Shown here piece after piece: positions 29,899-39,902 of a DNA stretch of 56,021 bases. The stretch lies in the IMG/VR virus record IMGVR_UViG_3300041583_000090, positions 1 through 56,021 of that record, one strand, 5' to 3'. This stretch comes from a virus (taxonomy: Duplodnaviria > Caudoviricetes). A program made the position numbers and the translations under genes. The notes below the pieces were generated by a model. That model was given only the letters and a program-made list of their open reading frames with translations. It was not told the origin of the DNA and ran no database searches. Numbering within the stretch: the stretch's first letter is position 1; each line of letters begins with the position of its first letter.

Positions 29899-30206
29899 TG
29901 GCAGATCGCAAGGAAAGGTTTTCCTTGCTCAGCCGATACGGCAAGTATCATACTGCACGGTATGAGCAGAGACCTCAAATCAATTTAAACGTAGAGCAAT
30001 GGGCAGCAGACGCTCTAATAGAGTCTTATACCTTAGAGTATTGTTACGACCTGCTACAATACTATTTCGAAGTAGCCCAAAATCCAACATGGAAATATTT
30101 TGCTAACTACGCACATGACATTATTTCTAAGCGTGACATGTACAAGCAAGATTTATCCGAGAGACAGCAGCGAAGAGCTGCAGCAAAGAAGTGGTTGAGT
30201 GAGTAA
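29898..30206 (+). CDS. Hypothetical protein, possible helicase-associated factor
   Basis: Coupled between small gene and helicase; function by position only. Confidence 0.6.
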   Translation: MADRKERFSLLSRYGKYHTARYEQRPQINLNVEQWAADALIESYTLEYCYDLLQYYFEVAQNPTWKYFANYAHDIISKRDMYKQDLSERQQRRAAAKKWLSE

Positions 30207-31419
30207 CGTAGAGTCCAAACTAATATCCGCAGTCCTAGAGGACAAGCAGGTTCACGTCCTGTTACAGGCAAACGTGGAGAACCTGCTGAGAACGCACAAA
30301 GATATCTGGGAGTTTATTAGAACATACTCAGAAAGAAATGGATCGGTTCCTCCAACGACCTTGCTGGTTGAAAAATTCAGAGACTTCCAGCCAGTTCCTG
30401 GGGTAGGGACAACGAAGTACCACCTAGAAGAGCTACAGGCAGATTATCTCAATGACAGCCTGAAGGACATGATCAGAAACGCAGCAACAGACATCCAGAA
30501 CGGTGAGGGTGTCAAGGTCCTGGAGACCTTGATAAATGACACCTCAGCCTTAAAGAAGAACACTTCTGCTATTCGTGACATTGACGCCACAGACATTGAG
30601 GACGCCATTGCATATTACGAGCACGTTCAGCACCAGACTGCTCTTGGGGTGCAGGGAATTAGAACTGGCCTTCCAGGATTTGACGACTACCTCCCAGCAG
30701 GAATTACCGCAGGACAGCTAGGAGTGTTTCTTGCCTATCCAGGTATTGGCAAATCTTGGTTATCCCTATACTTTGCGGTACAGGCATGGAAGCTTGGAAA
30801 GACTCCTATGGTAGTAAGCCTAGAGATGAGTGAGACAGAAGTCCGTAACCGTGTATTTACAATTATGGGGGAGGGGCTCTGGTCTCACAGGAAGCTTTCT
30901 GCAGGAGACGTAGAGGTAGAGGATCTCAGACGGTGGCACAAGAGCAAGCTAGAGGGCAAGCCAGAGTTTCATATCATATCGAACGACTCTGGCGGAGAGG
31001 TAACCCCCTCGGTCATCAGAGGTAAGATCGATCAGTATAAGCCAGACTTTATTATTGTCGATTACCTACAGCTGATGTCTCCAAACCAGAAATCTGATAA
31101 CGAGACTGTTAGGATGAAGAACCTTTCTCGAGAATTAAAGCTAATGGCTATCTCAGAAGAGATACCTATCCTAGCCATATCCTCAGCGACCCCAGATGAC
31201 GTCACGAAGCTAGATACCGTGCCTACCCTAGGACAAACTGCCTGGAGCCGTCAGATCGCTTACGACGCTGACTGGGTACTTGCGCTGGGACGTGGCCCAA
31301 ACTCTGATGTAATCGAATGCGTCTTCAGGAAAAATAGGAATGGTTTTATGGGAGAGTTTATGATTCAGGCAGACTTTGATAAAGGTTGGTATAAATACCG
31401 TGCTTTCGAGGATATGTAG
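30199..31419 (+). CDS. dnaB: Replicative helicase, DnaB family
   Basis: Walker A 'AYPGIGKS', 'SLEM', Walker B 'IIVDYLQLM', 'YDAD', 'KNRNG'. Confidence 0.93.
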   Translation: MSNVESKLISAVLEDKQVHVLLQANVENLLRTHKDIWEFIRTYSERNGSVPPTTLLVEKFRDFQPVPGVGTTKYHLEELQADYLNDSLKDMIRNAATDIQNGEGVKVLETLINDTSALKKNTSAIRDIDATDIEDAIAYYEHVQHQTALGVQGIRTGLPGFDDYLPAGITAGQLGVFLAYPGIGKSWLSLYFAVQAWKLGKTPMVVSLEMSETEVRNRVFTIMGEGLWSHRKLSAGDVEVEDLRRWHKSKLEGKPEFHIISNDSGGEVTPSVIRGKIDQYKPDFIIVDYLQLMSPNQKSDNETVRMKNLSRELKLMAISEEIPILAISSATPDDVTKLDTVPTLGQTAWSRQIAYDADWVLALGRGPNSDVIECVFRKNRNGFMGEFMIQADFDKGWYKYRAFEDM

Positions 31420-31431
31420 TATACTGTATGT

Positions 31432-31764
31432 ATGGAAAGTTATCATCACAAAGTAATCAAAAGTTTCAATCTCGAGGGAGACATCTACGATGACTCCGCA
31501 ATAGTAAGGCTACGTAAAGACTACGCCATACTTTTGTACACAGAGATGAGGCTTTCTGGTTATGCTCCTAGAATAGATATATCTCAGGACTTCACAATAG
31601 AATACAACGAAAAATCAAAGATATTTAACTTTAAACTAACAATATATGGTTCATACATAGGAAAGAAAAAAAGCGAATGGGTGATGGGACTAGACGGATC
31701 AAATCCAATTTATACTCAGAAGAGCAAATCAAACGAGTTATCACGGGATCAGGCCTCACAATAG
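31432..31764 (+). CDS. Hypothetical protein
   Basis: 110 aa; TATACT (31420-31425) 6 nt before ATG; overlaps primase ORF. Confidence 0.6.
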   Translation: MESYHHKVIKSFNLEGDIYDDSAIVRLRKDYAILLYTEMRLSGYAPRIDISQDFTIEYNEKSKIFNFKLTIYGSYIGKKKSEWVMGLDGSNPIYTQKSKSNELSRDQASQ

Positions 31765-32621
31765 AGGGTGAAGTCGATGTTGACTTCTTGATGTTCTGCC
31801 CATTCCACCCAAACCACCGTACTCCAGCTGGAGAAGTTGACAAGTCTAAGGGAACTTTCTTTTGTTTTTCCTGCCACAAGGTTGCAGACTTGGAAGAACT
31901 GGTCATGCATACAACTGGCAGAACCTATTTCGAGTCAGCCAGATTTATTAAGAGCAAGCAAACAGAAACCAACATAAGCTTAGAAGTTGAGCGAAAGCTA
32001 ATAGACAAGCCTACCTACGTCTTGTTCGATGAAGTTACTATTCAGAGGCTTGCCTCTACGGCCTTGCAGTCCCAGAGAGCAAAGAACTATTATTCTGGCA
32101 GAAACATTTCCGTAGAGTCCATGGAAACTTTTAAGCTTGGCTATTCTGAAAAGCGGGACATGGTCACCATTCCAGTCCACGCCCCAAACGGAATGCCTCT
32201 TGGTTTTGTGGGCAGATCCGTCGAGGGTAAAGAGTTTAAGAACACCCCCGGATTGCCCAAAGCAAAGACCTTGTTCAACTTGCATAGAGTAAAGAATGCA
32301 GACAGAGTTTATGTTGTCGAATCCTCCTTCGACGCCATTAGGCTACACCAGTGTGGCTTTCCAGCGGTAGCTACCTTGGGATCAAACGTATCCAACATAC
32401 AAACAGACCTACTACAAAAATACTTCAATAACGTAATTGTTATTGCGGATAATGATGAAGCAGGCGGTAACATGAAAGACAGGATAATTAAAAAACTTGG
32501 CTCTCGAGTATCCGTAATACAACTAAGTGAAAAATACAAAGACATTGGCGACATGTCTGACGAAGATATAAAAAAGTTAGAGTATTCGTTTGACAAATCA
32601 ATAGCTAATATGCTAAAATAA
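31677..32621 (+). CDS. dnaG: DNA primase (CHC2 zinc finger + TOPRIM)
   Basis: 'CPFH...FFCFSC', 'VVESSFDA', 'DNDEAG', 'KDIGD'. Confidence 0.92.
   Translation: MGDGTRRIKSNLYSEEQIKRVITGSGLTIEGEVDVDFLMFCPFHPNHRTPAGEVDKSKGTFFCFSCHKVADLEELVMHTTGRTYFESARFIKSKQTETNISLEVERKLIDKPTYVLFDEVTIQRLASTALQSQRAKNYYSGRNISVESMETFKLGYSEKRDMVTIPVHAPNGMPLGFVGRSVEGKEFKNTPGLPKAKTLFNLHRVKNADRVYVVESSFDAIRLHQCGFPAVATLGSNVSNIQTDLLQKYFNNVIVIADNDEAGGNMKDRIIKKLGSRVSVIQLSEKYKDIGDMSDEDIKKLEYSFDKSIANMLK
32590..32619 (+). promoter_or_regulatory. Sigma-A-type promoter for SSB gene
   Basis: TTGACA-18 nt-TAAAAT with extended TG. Confidence 0.7.
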
Positions 32622-32645
32622 TATAAATAAAACAAGGAGAAAAAA

Positions 32646-33302
32646 ATGAGTATTACAAGAGGACTAAAAGAAATCAACGCGCTACTAGACAAGCCAAAGT
32701 ATGAGTCTGGCGGAGAAAAGGTTCGATGGCTAAAGCTTGCAGACGGACAGTCGGCAAAGATTAGGTTCATCGAAGAGCTTGACGAAGACTCTTCTAGCTA
32801 TTCAGAAGCTAGAGGTCTTGCAGTAGTTGTTAAGGAGCACACGAATCCTAAGGATTACAAGCGTAAGGCTTTGGACACCATGGATTCTGAAGGTCGTGAC
32901 TGGGCAGAAGAGATGTCTAGGAAAGACCCAAAGGCAGGATGGAAAGCTCGACTACGTTTCTACTGTAATGTTCTTGTAGATGATGGTCTTGAGCCTCCAT
33001 ACGTTGCAGTTTGGTCTCAGGGTATTGGTAAGCAGTCTGCGTTCAATAACCTACGAGAGTATGCTCTAGAAACTGGAAGCATTTCAAATATGTCGTGGAA
33101 GATTAAGCGTAATGGTCAGGGAACAGAGACTAGCTATACCCTGATCCCGACATCTCCAGACTCTGAGCCTTTCGACTGGTCTGGACACGACCCATTCAAT
33201 CTAGAAAAGGTTGTTCGTCACGTGCCATATGCAGAGCAGGAAAGCTTTTACCTGGGCTTTGACGCTCCGGCTTCGCTGACATCTACCAACATTGACTGGT
33301 AA
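32646..33302 (+). CDS. Single-stranded DNA-binding protein (gp32-like)
   Basis: 'LKLADGQSAKIRF', 'RFYCNVLV', 'KIKRNGQGTETSY', acidic/aromatic C-terminus; between primase and polymerase. Confidence 0.75.
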   Translation: MSITRGLKEINALLDKPKYESGGEKVRWLKLADGQSAKIRFIEELDEDSSSYSEARGLAVVVKEHTNPKDYKRKALDTMDSEGRDWAEEMSRKDPKAGWKARLRFYCNVLVDDGLEPPYVAVWSQGIGKQSAFNNLREYALETGSISNMSWKIKRNGQGTETSYTLIPTSPDSEPFDWSGHDPFNLEKVVRHVPYAEQESFYLGFDAPASLTSTNIDW

Positions 33303-33312
33303 GTAACACCTT

Positions 33313-33341
33313 GTGGGGGTAGCTAAGGTTACCCCCACTTT
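33313..33341 (+). terminator. Intrinsic terminator after SSB
   Basis: GTGGGGGTAGC-TAAG-GTTACCCCCAC then TTT. Confidence 0.8.
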
Positions 33342-33351
33342 GTCATTTCTA

Positions 33352-33380
33352 TTGACTTTTCACACTTCCCATGGCATACT
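33352..33380 (+). promoter_or_regulatory. Sigma-A-type promoter for dnaE
   Basis: TTGACT-17 nt-CATACT with extended TG. Confidence 0.65.
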
Positions 33381-33408
33381 TATTAAACACAAAAAAGAGG
33401 ATACTTAA

Positions 33409-36400
33409 TTGACGTATAACGGACTCCATGTTCACACACACTATAGTTTGTTTGATGGGATTGCCACGCCTCAGGAGTATGTCGACAGGGCAGAACTTCT
33501 AGGCATGAAAGCTTTAGCCATAACCGATCACGGATCTCTATCTGGACACAGAGAGTTTTATCGAATGGCTAAGGAAAAGGGAATTAAGCCTGTCCTAGGA
33601 GTAGAAGCCTACATCACTGCAGATAGATTTGACCAGCGAGGCAACGATGCCCGTGAAGGATTACTAGACTTAGTTTACAACCACGTTATCATCCTTGCTA
33701 AGAATCAGATTGGCTTAGAGAACTTAAACAAGTTAAATGAGATTGCTTGGACAGAAGGTTTCTTCAAGAAGCCACGCATTGACTATGAAGTTCTAGAGAA
33801 GTATGCAGAGGGGCTCATAGTGACCTCTGGCTGCCTCTCAGGAGCCCTCGCAAAGGCTATCGAAGCAGAAGAGCTGGCAGAAGCTAAGAGGATCATAGAG
33901 TGGCACAAGAGGGTCTTTGGGGACGATTACTATATTGAGATCATGCCACACAATCCCCCAGAAGTAAACATGCAATTGCTTGCATTAGCAGACCAGTATG
34001 GGGTTAAACCTATCGTTACCCCAGATTGCCACCACGCAGACGAAAGCCAGAAAGAGATTCAGGAATTAAAGCTTATTCTTAATAGCTATTCCAACAAAGT
34101 ATTAAAGGAGTCCACGTACGAAAAGTCACTAAAGCATGAGGGCCTAATGGATAGGCTCGACTACTTGTACGGTGAAAGGAAAATGTCTTTCGCTAACTTC
34201 GAGATTCACCTGCTTTCTGACGAAGAGATGCACAGTGCCATGAAGGCTCAGGGTATTGATAGAGAAGATATGTATGACTCTACTCGTGAAGTTGCAGATA
34301 AGGTGGAAGACTATGAAATCCAAGATCATTTAGACCTCTTGCCTGTTCAGTACCAGAACCCTAACGGAGAGCTTAAAGAGCTTGCCTTAGCTGGACTAGA
34401 GCTTAGAGGTGTGAACACGGAGGAATATCGGGACAGGCTAGACGAAGAGCTAGAGATTATTCAGAACAAGAACTTCGGTCCTTATTTTCTGGTTGTTCGT
34501 TCTATGATCGCTTGGGCAAAGAAACAGAACATTATGGTTGGACCAGGAAGAGGCTCTTCCGCAGGGTCATTGCTCTGCTACGCCTTGGAAATTACGGACA
34601 TTGATCCTATTCAGCATGGACTCCTGTTCTTTAGGTTTATCAATCCAGAGCGTAATGACTTTCCAGATATCGATACCGACATTCAGGACACAAGGCGTGA
34701 AGACGTCAAAGATTATTTAGTTAGACAGTACAAGCATGTCGCATCCATCGCTACATTCCTACAGTTTAAAGATAAGGGTGTTGTCAGAGACATAGCTCGA
34801 GTCTTGCACATTCCTCTGACAGACGTGAACAAGGTTCTAAAAGTAATTGATACCTGGGAAGATTACTGCCGCTCCAAGCAGTCTCAATGGTTTAGGGACA
34901 AGTACCCAGAGATTGAACACTACGGAGAGCAGTTGAGAGGCCGAATCAGGGGCACTGGTATCCACGCAGCAGGCGTTGTAACATCCAAGCAGCCTATCTT
35001 CAAGTTTGCCCCTATGGAGACTAGGGTCTCTCCTGGAAACAAGGAGAGGATCCCCGTAGTCGCGGTAGACATGGAGGAGGCAGAGCGTATTGGTCTGATC
35101 AAGATAGACGCACTAGGTCTAAAAACACTATCTGTTCTAAAAGACACCCTAGACATAATCGAAAGTCGCCATGGGAGAAAGATAGATCTCCTTAAGACAG
35201 ATATGGAAGATTCCAAGGTGTATCAAATGCTGTCTGACGGATACACTAAGGGTGTGTTCCAGTGTGAAGCAACACCTTACACAAACCTTCTCGTAAAGAT
35301 GCGTGTTAAAAACTTTGCAGAGCTTGCGGCATCCAATGCTTTAGTCCGTCCAGGAGCTGCGAACACTATTGGTAAAGACTACATTGCTCGCAAGCAAGGC
35401 CGTCAAAGCATAAGCTACCACCACCAGGTATTCAAGCAGTTTACTGCTGAAACCTACGGCTGTGTCCTGTATCAAGAGCAGGTTATGCAAGCTTGTGTTC
35501 ACTTGGGTGGGATGTCTATGGCCGAAGCCGACAAGGTTCGTAAGATTATTGGAAAGAAGAAAGACGCAAAAGAGTTTGACGTTTTCAAGGACAAGTTTAT
35601 TGCTGGAGCTTCCCAGTATCTTAGCCCTAACGTAGCTGCCGAGCTGTGGCATGACTTTGAGGCCCACGCAGGGTATTCTTTTAACAAGTCTCACGCCGTA
35701 GCCTACTCCACGCTTTCATACTGGACAGCATGGCTAAAGACACACTATCCCCTAGAGTTTATGTATTCCATTCTAAAGAATGAGAAAGACAAGGATGCCA
35801 GGACAGAGTACCTTATCGAAGCTAAGCGTATGGGGATTGCCATTAAGCTTCCTCATGTCAACGACTCTGACGGTGACTTTAAGATTGAAGGCAAGGGTAT
35901 TCGTTTTGGGCTAACAGGAATCAAGTACATCTCAGATAATATTGCAGCTAAGTTCATGGCTTCCAGACCGTTTGGATCTTACCAAGAGCTGGAGAAGTTC
36001 TGTCTGACCAAAGGTAGTGGCGTGAACAGCAGGTCCTTGCAAGCACTACGTGTAGTGGGGGCAGCAACATTTCAAGACAATCCCCGTAACGACCAAGAGA
36101 TTAAGGAAAACCTCTATGACTTCTTAAATCTACCAGAGTTCAATATATCAGTTCCGCAACACTTCCACGCATTCATAAGCGACGTTGAGGAGTTCGAGGA
36201 AAAGGGATCCTACATCTTAATGGGCATGGTCAAGAGTATTAAGCGTGGACCGGGATGGTCTCGGGTAGAGCTATTGGATAAGACTGGTAGCACTGGAATC
36301 TTTGATGACGAGCAAACAACTATAGAGCCAGGAAAGACTTACCTTCTTCTGGCTAGTGACAACAGGGTGTTGAATGCTATTCAGATTGACGATATCGGCA

Positions 36401-36684
36401 AGGTAGAGTCATCACTAACTAAATACCTTAACTACAAGACTCTCCCTTTTAAGGATGAAGAAATGTATGTGGTATCGTTTAAGCCGAGGATAACCAAAAC
36501 CGGAAAGAAGATGGCATACTTAACACTGGCAGATGCTGCCAGAGAGCTTCACCCCGTAACAGTTTTCCCTACGCAATTTGCTAAGGCATACATGAAGATA
36601 AAAGAAGGCAACTCATACAAATTTAGTTTTGCAAAAACTAAGGACGGAACAGTAATTATGGAGGATGTAAATGACAACAATTGA
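33409..36684 (+). CDS. dnaE: DNA polymerase III alpha subunit
   Basis: PHP 'HVHTHYSLFDG', 'AITDHG'; 'GPGRGSSAGS', 'PDIDTD', 'HAAGVV', 'KIDALGL', 'YSFNKSH'; TTG start with SD GAGG. Confidence 0.97.
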   Translation: MTYNGLHVHTHYSLFDGIATPQEYVDRAELLGMKALAITDHGSLSGHREFYRMAKEKGIKPVLGVEAYITADRFDQRGNDAREGLLDLVYNHVIILAKNQIGLENLNKLNEIAWTEGFFKKPRIDYEVLEKYAEGLIVTSGCLSGALAKAIEAEELAEAKRIIEWHKRVFGDDYYIEIMPHNPPEVNMQLLALADQYGVKPIVTPDCHHADESQKEIQELKLILNSYSNKVLKESTYEKSLKHEGLMDRLDYLYGERKMSFANFEIHLLSDEEMHSAMKAQGIDREDMYDSTREVADKVEDYEIQDHLDLLPVQYQNPNGELKELALAGLELRGVNTEEYRDRLDEELEIIQNKNFGPYFLVVRSMIAWAKKQNIMVGPGRGSSAGSLLCYALEITDIDPIQHGLLFFRFINPERNDFPDIDTDIQDTRREDVKDYLVRQYKHVASIATFLQFKDKGVVRDIARVLHIPLTDVNKVLKVIDTWEDYCRSKQSQWFRDKYPEIEHYGEQLRGRIRGTGIHAAGVVTSKQPIFKFAPMETRVSPGNKERIPVVAVDMEEAERIGLIKIDALGLKTLSVLKDTLDIIESRHGRKIDLLKTDMEDSKVYQMLSDGYTKGVFQCEATPYTNLLVKMRVKNFAELAASNALVRPGAANTIGKDYIARKQGRQSISYHHQVFKQFTAETYGCVLYQEQVMQACVHLGGMSMAEADKVRKIIGKKKDAKEFDVFKDKFIAGASQYLSPNVAAELWHDFEAHAGYSFNKSHAVAYSTLSYWTAWLKTHYPLEFMYSILKNEKDKDARTEYLIEAKRMGIAIKLPHVNDSDGDFKIEGKGIRFGLTGIKYISDNIAAKFMASRPFGSYQELEKFCLTKGSGVNSRSLQALRVVGAATFQDNPRNDQEIKENLYDFLNLPEFNISVPQHFHAFISDVEEFEEKGSYILMGMVKSIKRGPGWSRVELLDKTGSTGIFDDEQTTIEPGKTYLLLASDNRVLNAIQIDDIGKVESSLTKYLNYKTLPFKDEEMYVVSFKPRITKTGKKMAYLTLADAARELHPVTVFPTQFAKAYMKIKEGNSYKFSFAKTKDGTVIMEDVNDNN

Positions 36685-37681
36685 GGAAGCTCTAGCTTTG
36701 CTAGATCCTAAACTAAGAAAGAAAGTATCGGCAGCAGTGGGCATAAAGACAGAGTTTCAGCCTACTCCCAGTCCTGGGCTTAATAAAGCATTGGGTGGAG
36801 GATTCCCCTATGGAAGGCAGGTTCTTCTTTGGGGAAGCAAGTCAAGTGCAAAATCTTCTCTGTGCCTGCAGACAATTGGCTTGGCACAAAAAGAAGGTAA
36901 GCTTTGTGCTTGGGTAGATGCGGAGATGTCCTACGATGCAGAGTGGGCTGAGAGGCTGGGGGTAGACCCTGCACAGTTGATCTACTCGGAGGCCAGGAGT
37001 ATCAATGACATGGTAGACGTCGTAGTAGCCTTGCTGCATGCGGGTGTAGACATGATTGTGATAGATAGTATAAGCTCTCTTCTCCCAGCGGTATACTTTG
37101 AGAAAGACTCCACAGAGCTAAAGCAATTAGACGGCACTAAGCAGATCGGAGCAGAGTCGAAAGACTTAAAACATGCTTGGATGATGATTAACTATGCAAA
37201 CAACCAGGAGAAGCCAGCTCTGATTGTGGCTATCTCTCAAGCTAGGAATAACATTACGGCAATGTACACCCAATCTGTTCCTACTGGGGGTAATGCAACT
37301 CAGTTCTTCTCCTCCACCATCGTAAAGCTATTCTCCTCATCCTCTGATGGCCAGTCCATCAAAGGCAAAATTAAGGTTGGGGACAAGCTTATAGAGCAGA
37401 AACTAGGAAGAACCGTCAGGTGGGAGGTCCAAAACTCAAAGACATCAGCACCAGGAGAGTCTGGAGAGTACGGCTTCTACTATAAGGGAGATATGATCGG
37501 TATTGACGTAATCGGAGACCTTGTGGACACCGCAGAGATGATGGGGTACGTTGAAAGAACAGGAGCTTGGTATATCTTGCCAGACGGAAGCAAGGTTCAG
37601 GGAAGAGATTCATTCGTAAACCGTGTTAGAGAGGATTCTGAATTGCAAGAGCAGCTTAGGAGTAAGGTTAATGGCCAGTAG
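36671..37681 (+). CDS. recA: RecA-like recombinase
   Basis: 'LNKALGGGFPYGR', 'WVDAE', 'VIDSIS', 'TGGNA..F', 'GAWY...QGRD'. Confidence 0.92.
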   Translation: MTTIEEALALLDPKLRKKVSAAVGIKTEFQPTPSPGLNKALGGGFPYGRQVLLWGSKSSAKSSLCLQTIGLAQKEGKLCAWVDAEMSYDAEWAERLGVDPAQLIYSEARSINDMVDVVVALLHAGVDMIVIDSISSLLPAVYFEKDSTELKQLDGTKQIGAESKDLKHAWMMINYANNQEKPALIVAISQARNNITAMYTQSVPTGGNATQFFSSTIVKLFSSSSDGQSIKGKIKVGDKLIEQKLGRTVRWEVQNSKTSAPGESGEYGFYYKGDMIGIDVIGDLVDTAEMMGYVERTGAWYILPDGSKVQGRDSFVNRVREDSELQEQLRSKVNGQ

Positions 37682-37853
37682 ATATACCATTTACGCTGGT
37701 AAGTTTATTTGTCAAGCATGTAAAGAAGAGGTCGCATCTATGAGGCACTATCCAGAAGACGAGAAACTTACCTGGATGTGTAGACAAAACCACATGAGTG
37801 CGGTACAATTGACTATTAAGAAAACAAAGAGAGATTATGAGCGAGAGAAGTGA
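37671..37853 (+). CDS. Small zinc-ribbon protein
   Basis: ATG 37671; CQAC...CRQNH motif. Confidence 0.65.
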   Translation: MASRYTIYAGKFICQACKEEVASMRHYPEDEKLTWMCRQNHMSAVQLTIKKTKRDYEREK

Positions 37854-38127
37854 AGCTAAGAGAATGGGTGCCAAGCTTGGTAAAAATTCTGGAAGAGGCC
37901 AAACAAAAGGTGACGCATTCTGGAAAGGCTTCACTGTTGATTTTAAAGAAGTCGGAAAAAGCTTCACCATCAATAAAGACGTTTGGGCCAAGGCCTCTAC
38001 GGATGCAGTCAAGAATAAGAATGATCCTGCAATAATTGCAGTTATAGGAACAGATTCATTTAAGACAAGGCTAGCCATCATAGAGCTATCGTTATTAGAA
38101 CAACTATTGGAAGAGAGAGAACAATGA
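37837..38127 (+). CDS. Small PD-(D/E)xK nuclease, Holliday junction resolvase-like
   Basis: 'SE...SGRG..KGD....FTVDFKE..KSFTI'. Confidence 0.6.
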   Translation: MSERSEAKRMGAKLGKNSGRGQTKGDAFWKGFTVDFKEVGKSFTINKDVWAKASTDAVKNKNDPAIIAVIGTDSFKTRLAIIELSLLEQLLEEREQ

Positions 38128-38747
38128 AGACACTAATGCTAGATATAGAAACAACACCCCTGCAAGTTTATACTTGGGGGCTTTGGGATCAGAACATTGG
38201 AATTAACCAGATTATTAAGAACACGGAGATGATGTGCTTCGGCGCTCGTTGGTATGGGCAAAAGAAAACGACCTTTCAGTCTATTCATCACGATGGCAAG
38301 AAGAGCATGCTAGAGTCTCTCTGGAGCCTGATGGATGAAGCGGATGTCCTTGTTGGCTGGAACTCAGCTGCATTTGACCACAAGCACATTAACAGAGAGT
38401 TTCTCGAAAACGGATTGGCAGCTCCAGAACCTACAAAAGATCTGGACCTTATGAGTATTGTAAAAGCCAACTTCAAGTTCCCATCTAACAAGCTAGACTA
38501 CGTAGCTCAGACTCTGGGGGTAGGCTCAAAGGTTAAGCACTCCGGATTTGACCTATGGATAAAGTGCATGGCTGGAGATCCAAAAGCTTGGGTAGAGATG
38601 AAGAAGTACCAGATTCAAGATGTTAACCTGCTAGACGAGCTCTACGATATCCTTGTGCCTTGGTTTCCAGCTTCTGGAAGCGTCACTAGCAAGGAGAGAC
38701 AAGACATAGCTGATTCCATTAAAGAGAACCCTATTGACGCAGCTTAG
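38124..38747 (+). CDS. RNase H-fold DEDD 3'-5' exonuclease
   Basis: 'LDIET', 'GWNSAAFD', 'KLDYVA', 'YQIQDV'. Confidence 0.85.
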   Translation: MKTLMLDIETTPLQVYTWGLWDQNIGINQIIKNTEMMCFGARWYGQKKTTFQSIHHDGKKSMLESLWSLMDEADVLVGWNSAAFDHKHINREFLENGLAAPEPTKDLDLMSIVKANFKFPSNKLDYVAQTLGVGSKVKHSGFDLWIKCMAGDPKAWVEMKKYQIQDVNLLDELYDILVPWFPASGSVTSKERQDIADSIKENPIDAA

Positions 38748-38782
38748 AGCTGAGATGGTGTATACTAGAGTAAAGGTATAAT

Positions 38783-39097
38783 ATGGAAAACAGTACACAG
38801 GACAGAAGCACTTTAGACCAGGTAAACGGTCTGGCCGAGATAGCAGACTTCATGCAAGATGATGAGCTAACGGCTGCACTTGTTATGGTTGCTAAATTAA
38901 TTATTAAGCCAGACATTCCTTTGCAGGTTGCAGTGGTAGAGATTGTAAGGCTACAGGCAATCGCAGCAAAAATGTCTTTTCGTGCAACTTGGATGGTAAA
39001 CGTAGAAAAAGGAGATAGAGCGAAGAAAAACATATACTTTACAGCAGCAGAGTCTATTAATAGCCTCGTAGCAGCTTTAAAATATATCATTCGCTAG
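38783..39097 (+). CDS. Hypothetical helical protein
   Basis: ORF track; fills gap in operon. Confidence 0.7.
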   Translation: MENSTQDRSTLDQVNGLAEIADFMQDDELTAALVMVAKLIIKPDIPLQVAVVEIVRLQAIAAKMSFRATWMVNVEKGDRAKKNIYFTAAESINSLVAALKYIIR

Positions 39098-39104
39098 TAT
39101 TGAT

Positions 39105-39902
39105 ATGGTAAAGAATTTATTGAGTCAAGTAATGGTAAGAGCAGCGCAAGAGCGTTCATTCCTTAATAAGGATGAGCTTGTAGCAAAGATTAACTCTGGC
39201 TATACTATTAAGCGTGTAGCTAAGCACCAGCAGAAGAAGTCTTTTGCTCCCTCTACTATCGCATACTCTCACGGAGAGTGTCCTCGTTACTGGTACCTTG
39301 CTTTTGATGGTACCACTTTCGAAGACAATGCAGATGCTTATGGTGGAGCTAATATGACTGCTGGGACTAAGTCTCACGAACGCATCCAAGAAGCCATGGG
39401 TAATGTCCCAGGTTTCTTGGTAGACTCAGAGTTTAAAGTCATTGCTCAAGACCCTCCTATCTTCGGTTACGGAGATGTTATGCTTAGCTGGGATGGAGAA
39501 GATCTTCTTGGAGAGATTAAGACCATGCCAATGGAAGGCTTTGAGTACCGAAAGAAGGTGGGCAAGCCAAAGGCAGGACACCTCATCCAGCTTTTGATCT
39601 ACATGAAAATTCTGAATAAGACAAAAGCTGTCCTTATTTATGAAAACAAAAACAATCACGAACTACTGATTTTACCAGTAGAGATTAGTGATCACTACAT
39701 TAAGTGGGTTAATGAAGCATTTGACTGGATGAAAACTGTCCGTAAAGCTTGGGAGAATAAAACTCTTCCCGAGAAGAACTACAGATCCAACTCAAAGATT
39801 TGCAAGACATGTCCTGTTCGGGCAACTTGTGATTTGGCTGCTAAGGGAGACATAAAACTACTATCCCTGGAGCCCTTAAATGAAGCCGTGCAGCAAGTGT
39901 AA
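39105..39902 (+). CDS. Cas4/RecB-like PD-(D/E)xK exonuclease
   Basis: 'ECPR..Y', 'GT..H', 'GYGD...EIKT', 'QL.IY', C-terminal 'CKTCPVRATC' (four-Cys Fe-S pattern). Confidence 0.85.
   Translation: MVKNLLSQVMVRAAQERSFLNKDELVAKINSGYTIKRVAKHQQKKSFAPSTIAYSHGECPRYWYLAFDGTTFEDNADAYGGANMTAGTKSHERIQEAMGNVPGFLVDSEFKVIAQDPPIFGYGDVMLSWDGEDLLGEIKTMPMEGFEYRKKVGKPKAGHLIQLLIYMKILNKTKAVLIYENKNNHELLILPVEISDHYIKWVNEAFDWMKTVRKAWENKTLPEKNYRSNSKICKTCPVRATCDLAAKGDIKLLSLEPLNEAVQQV

Noticed and set aside
38734-38766. TTGACG...TATACT promoter with inverted repeat in spacer
   Set aside because: Spacer is 21 nt, too long for a standard -35/-10 pair; only the -10 is plausible
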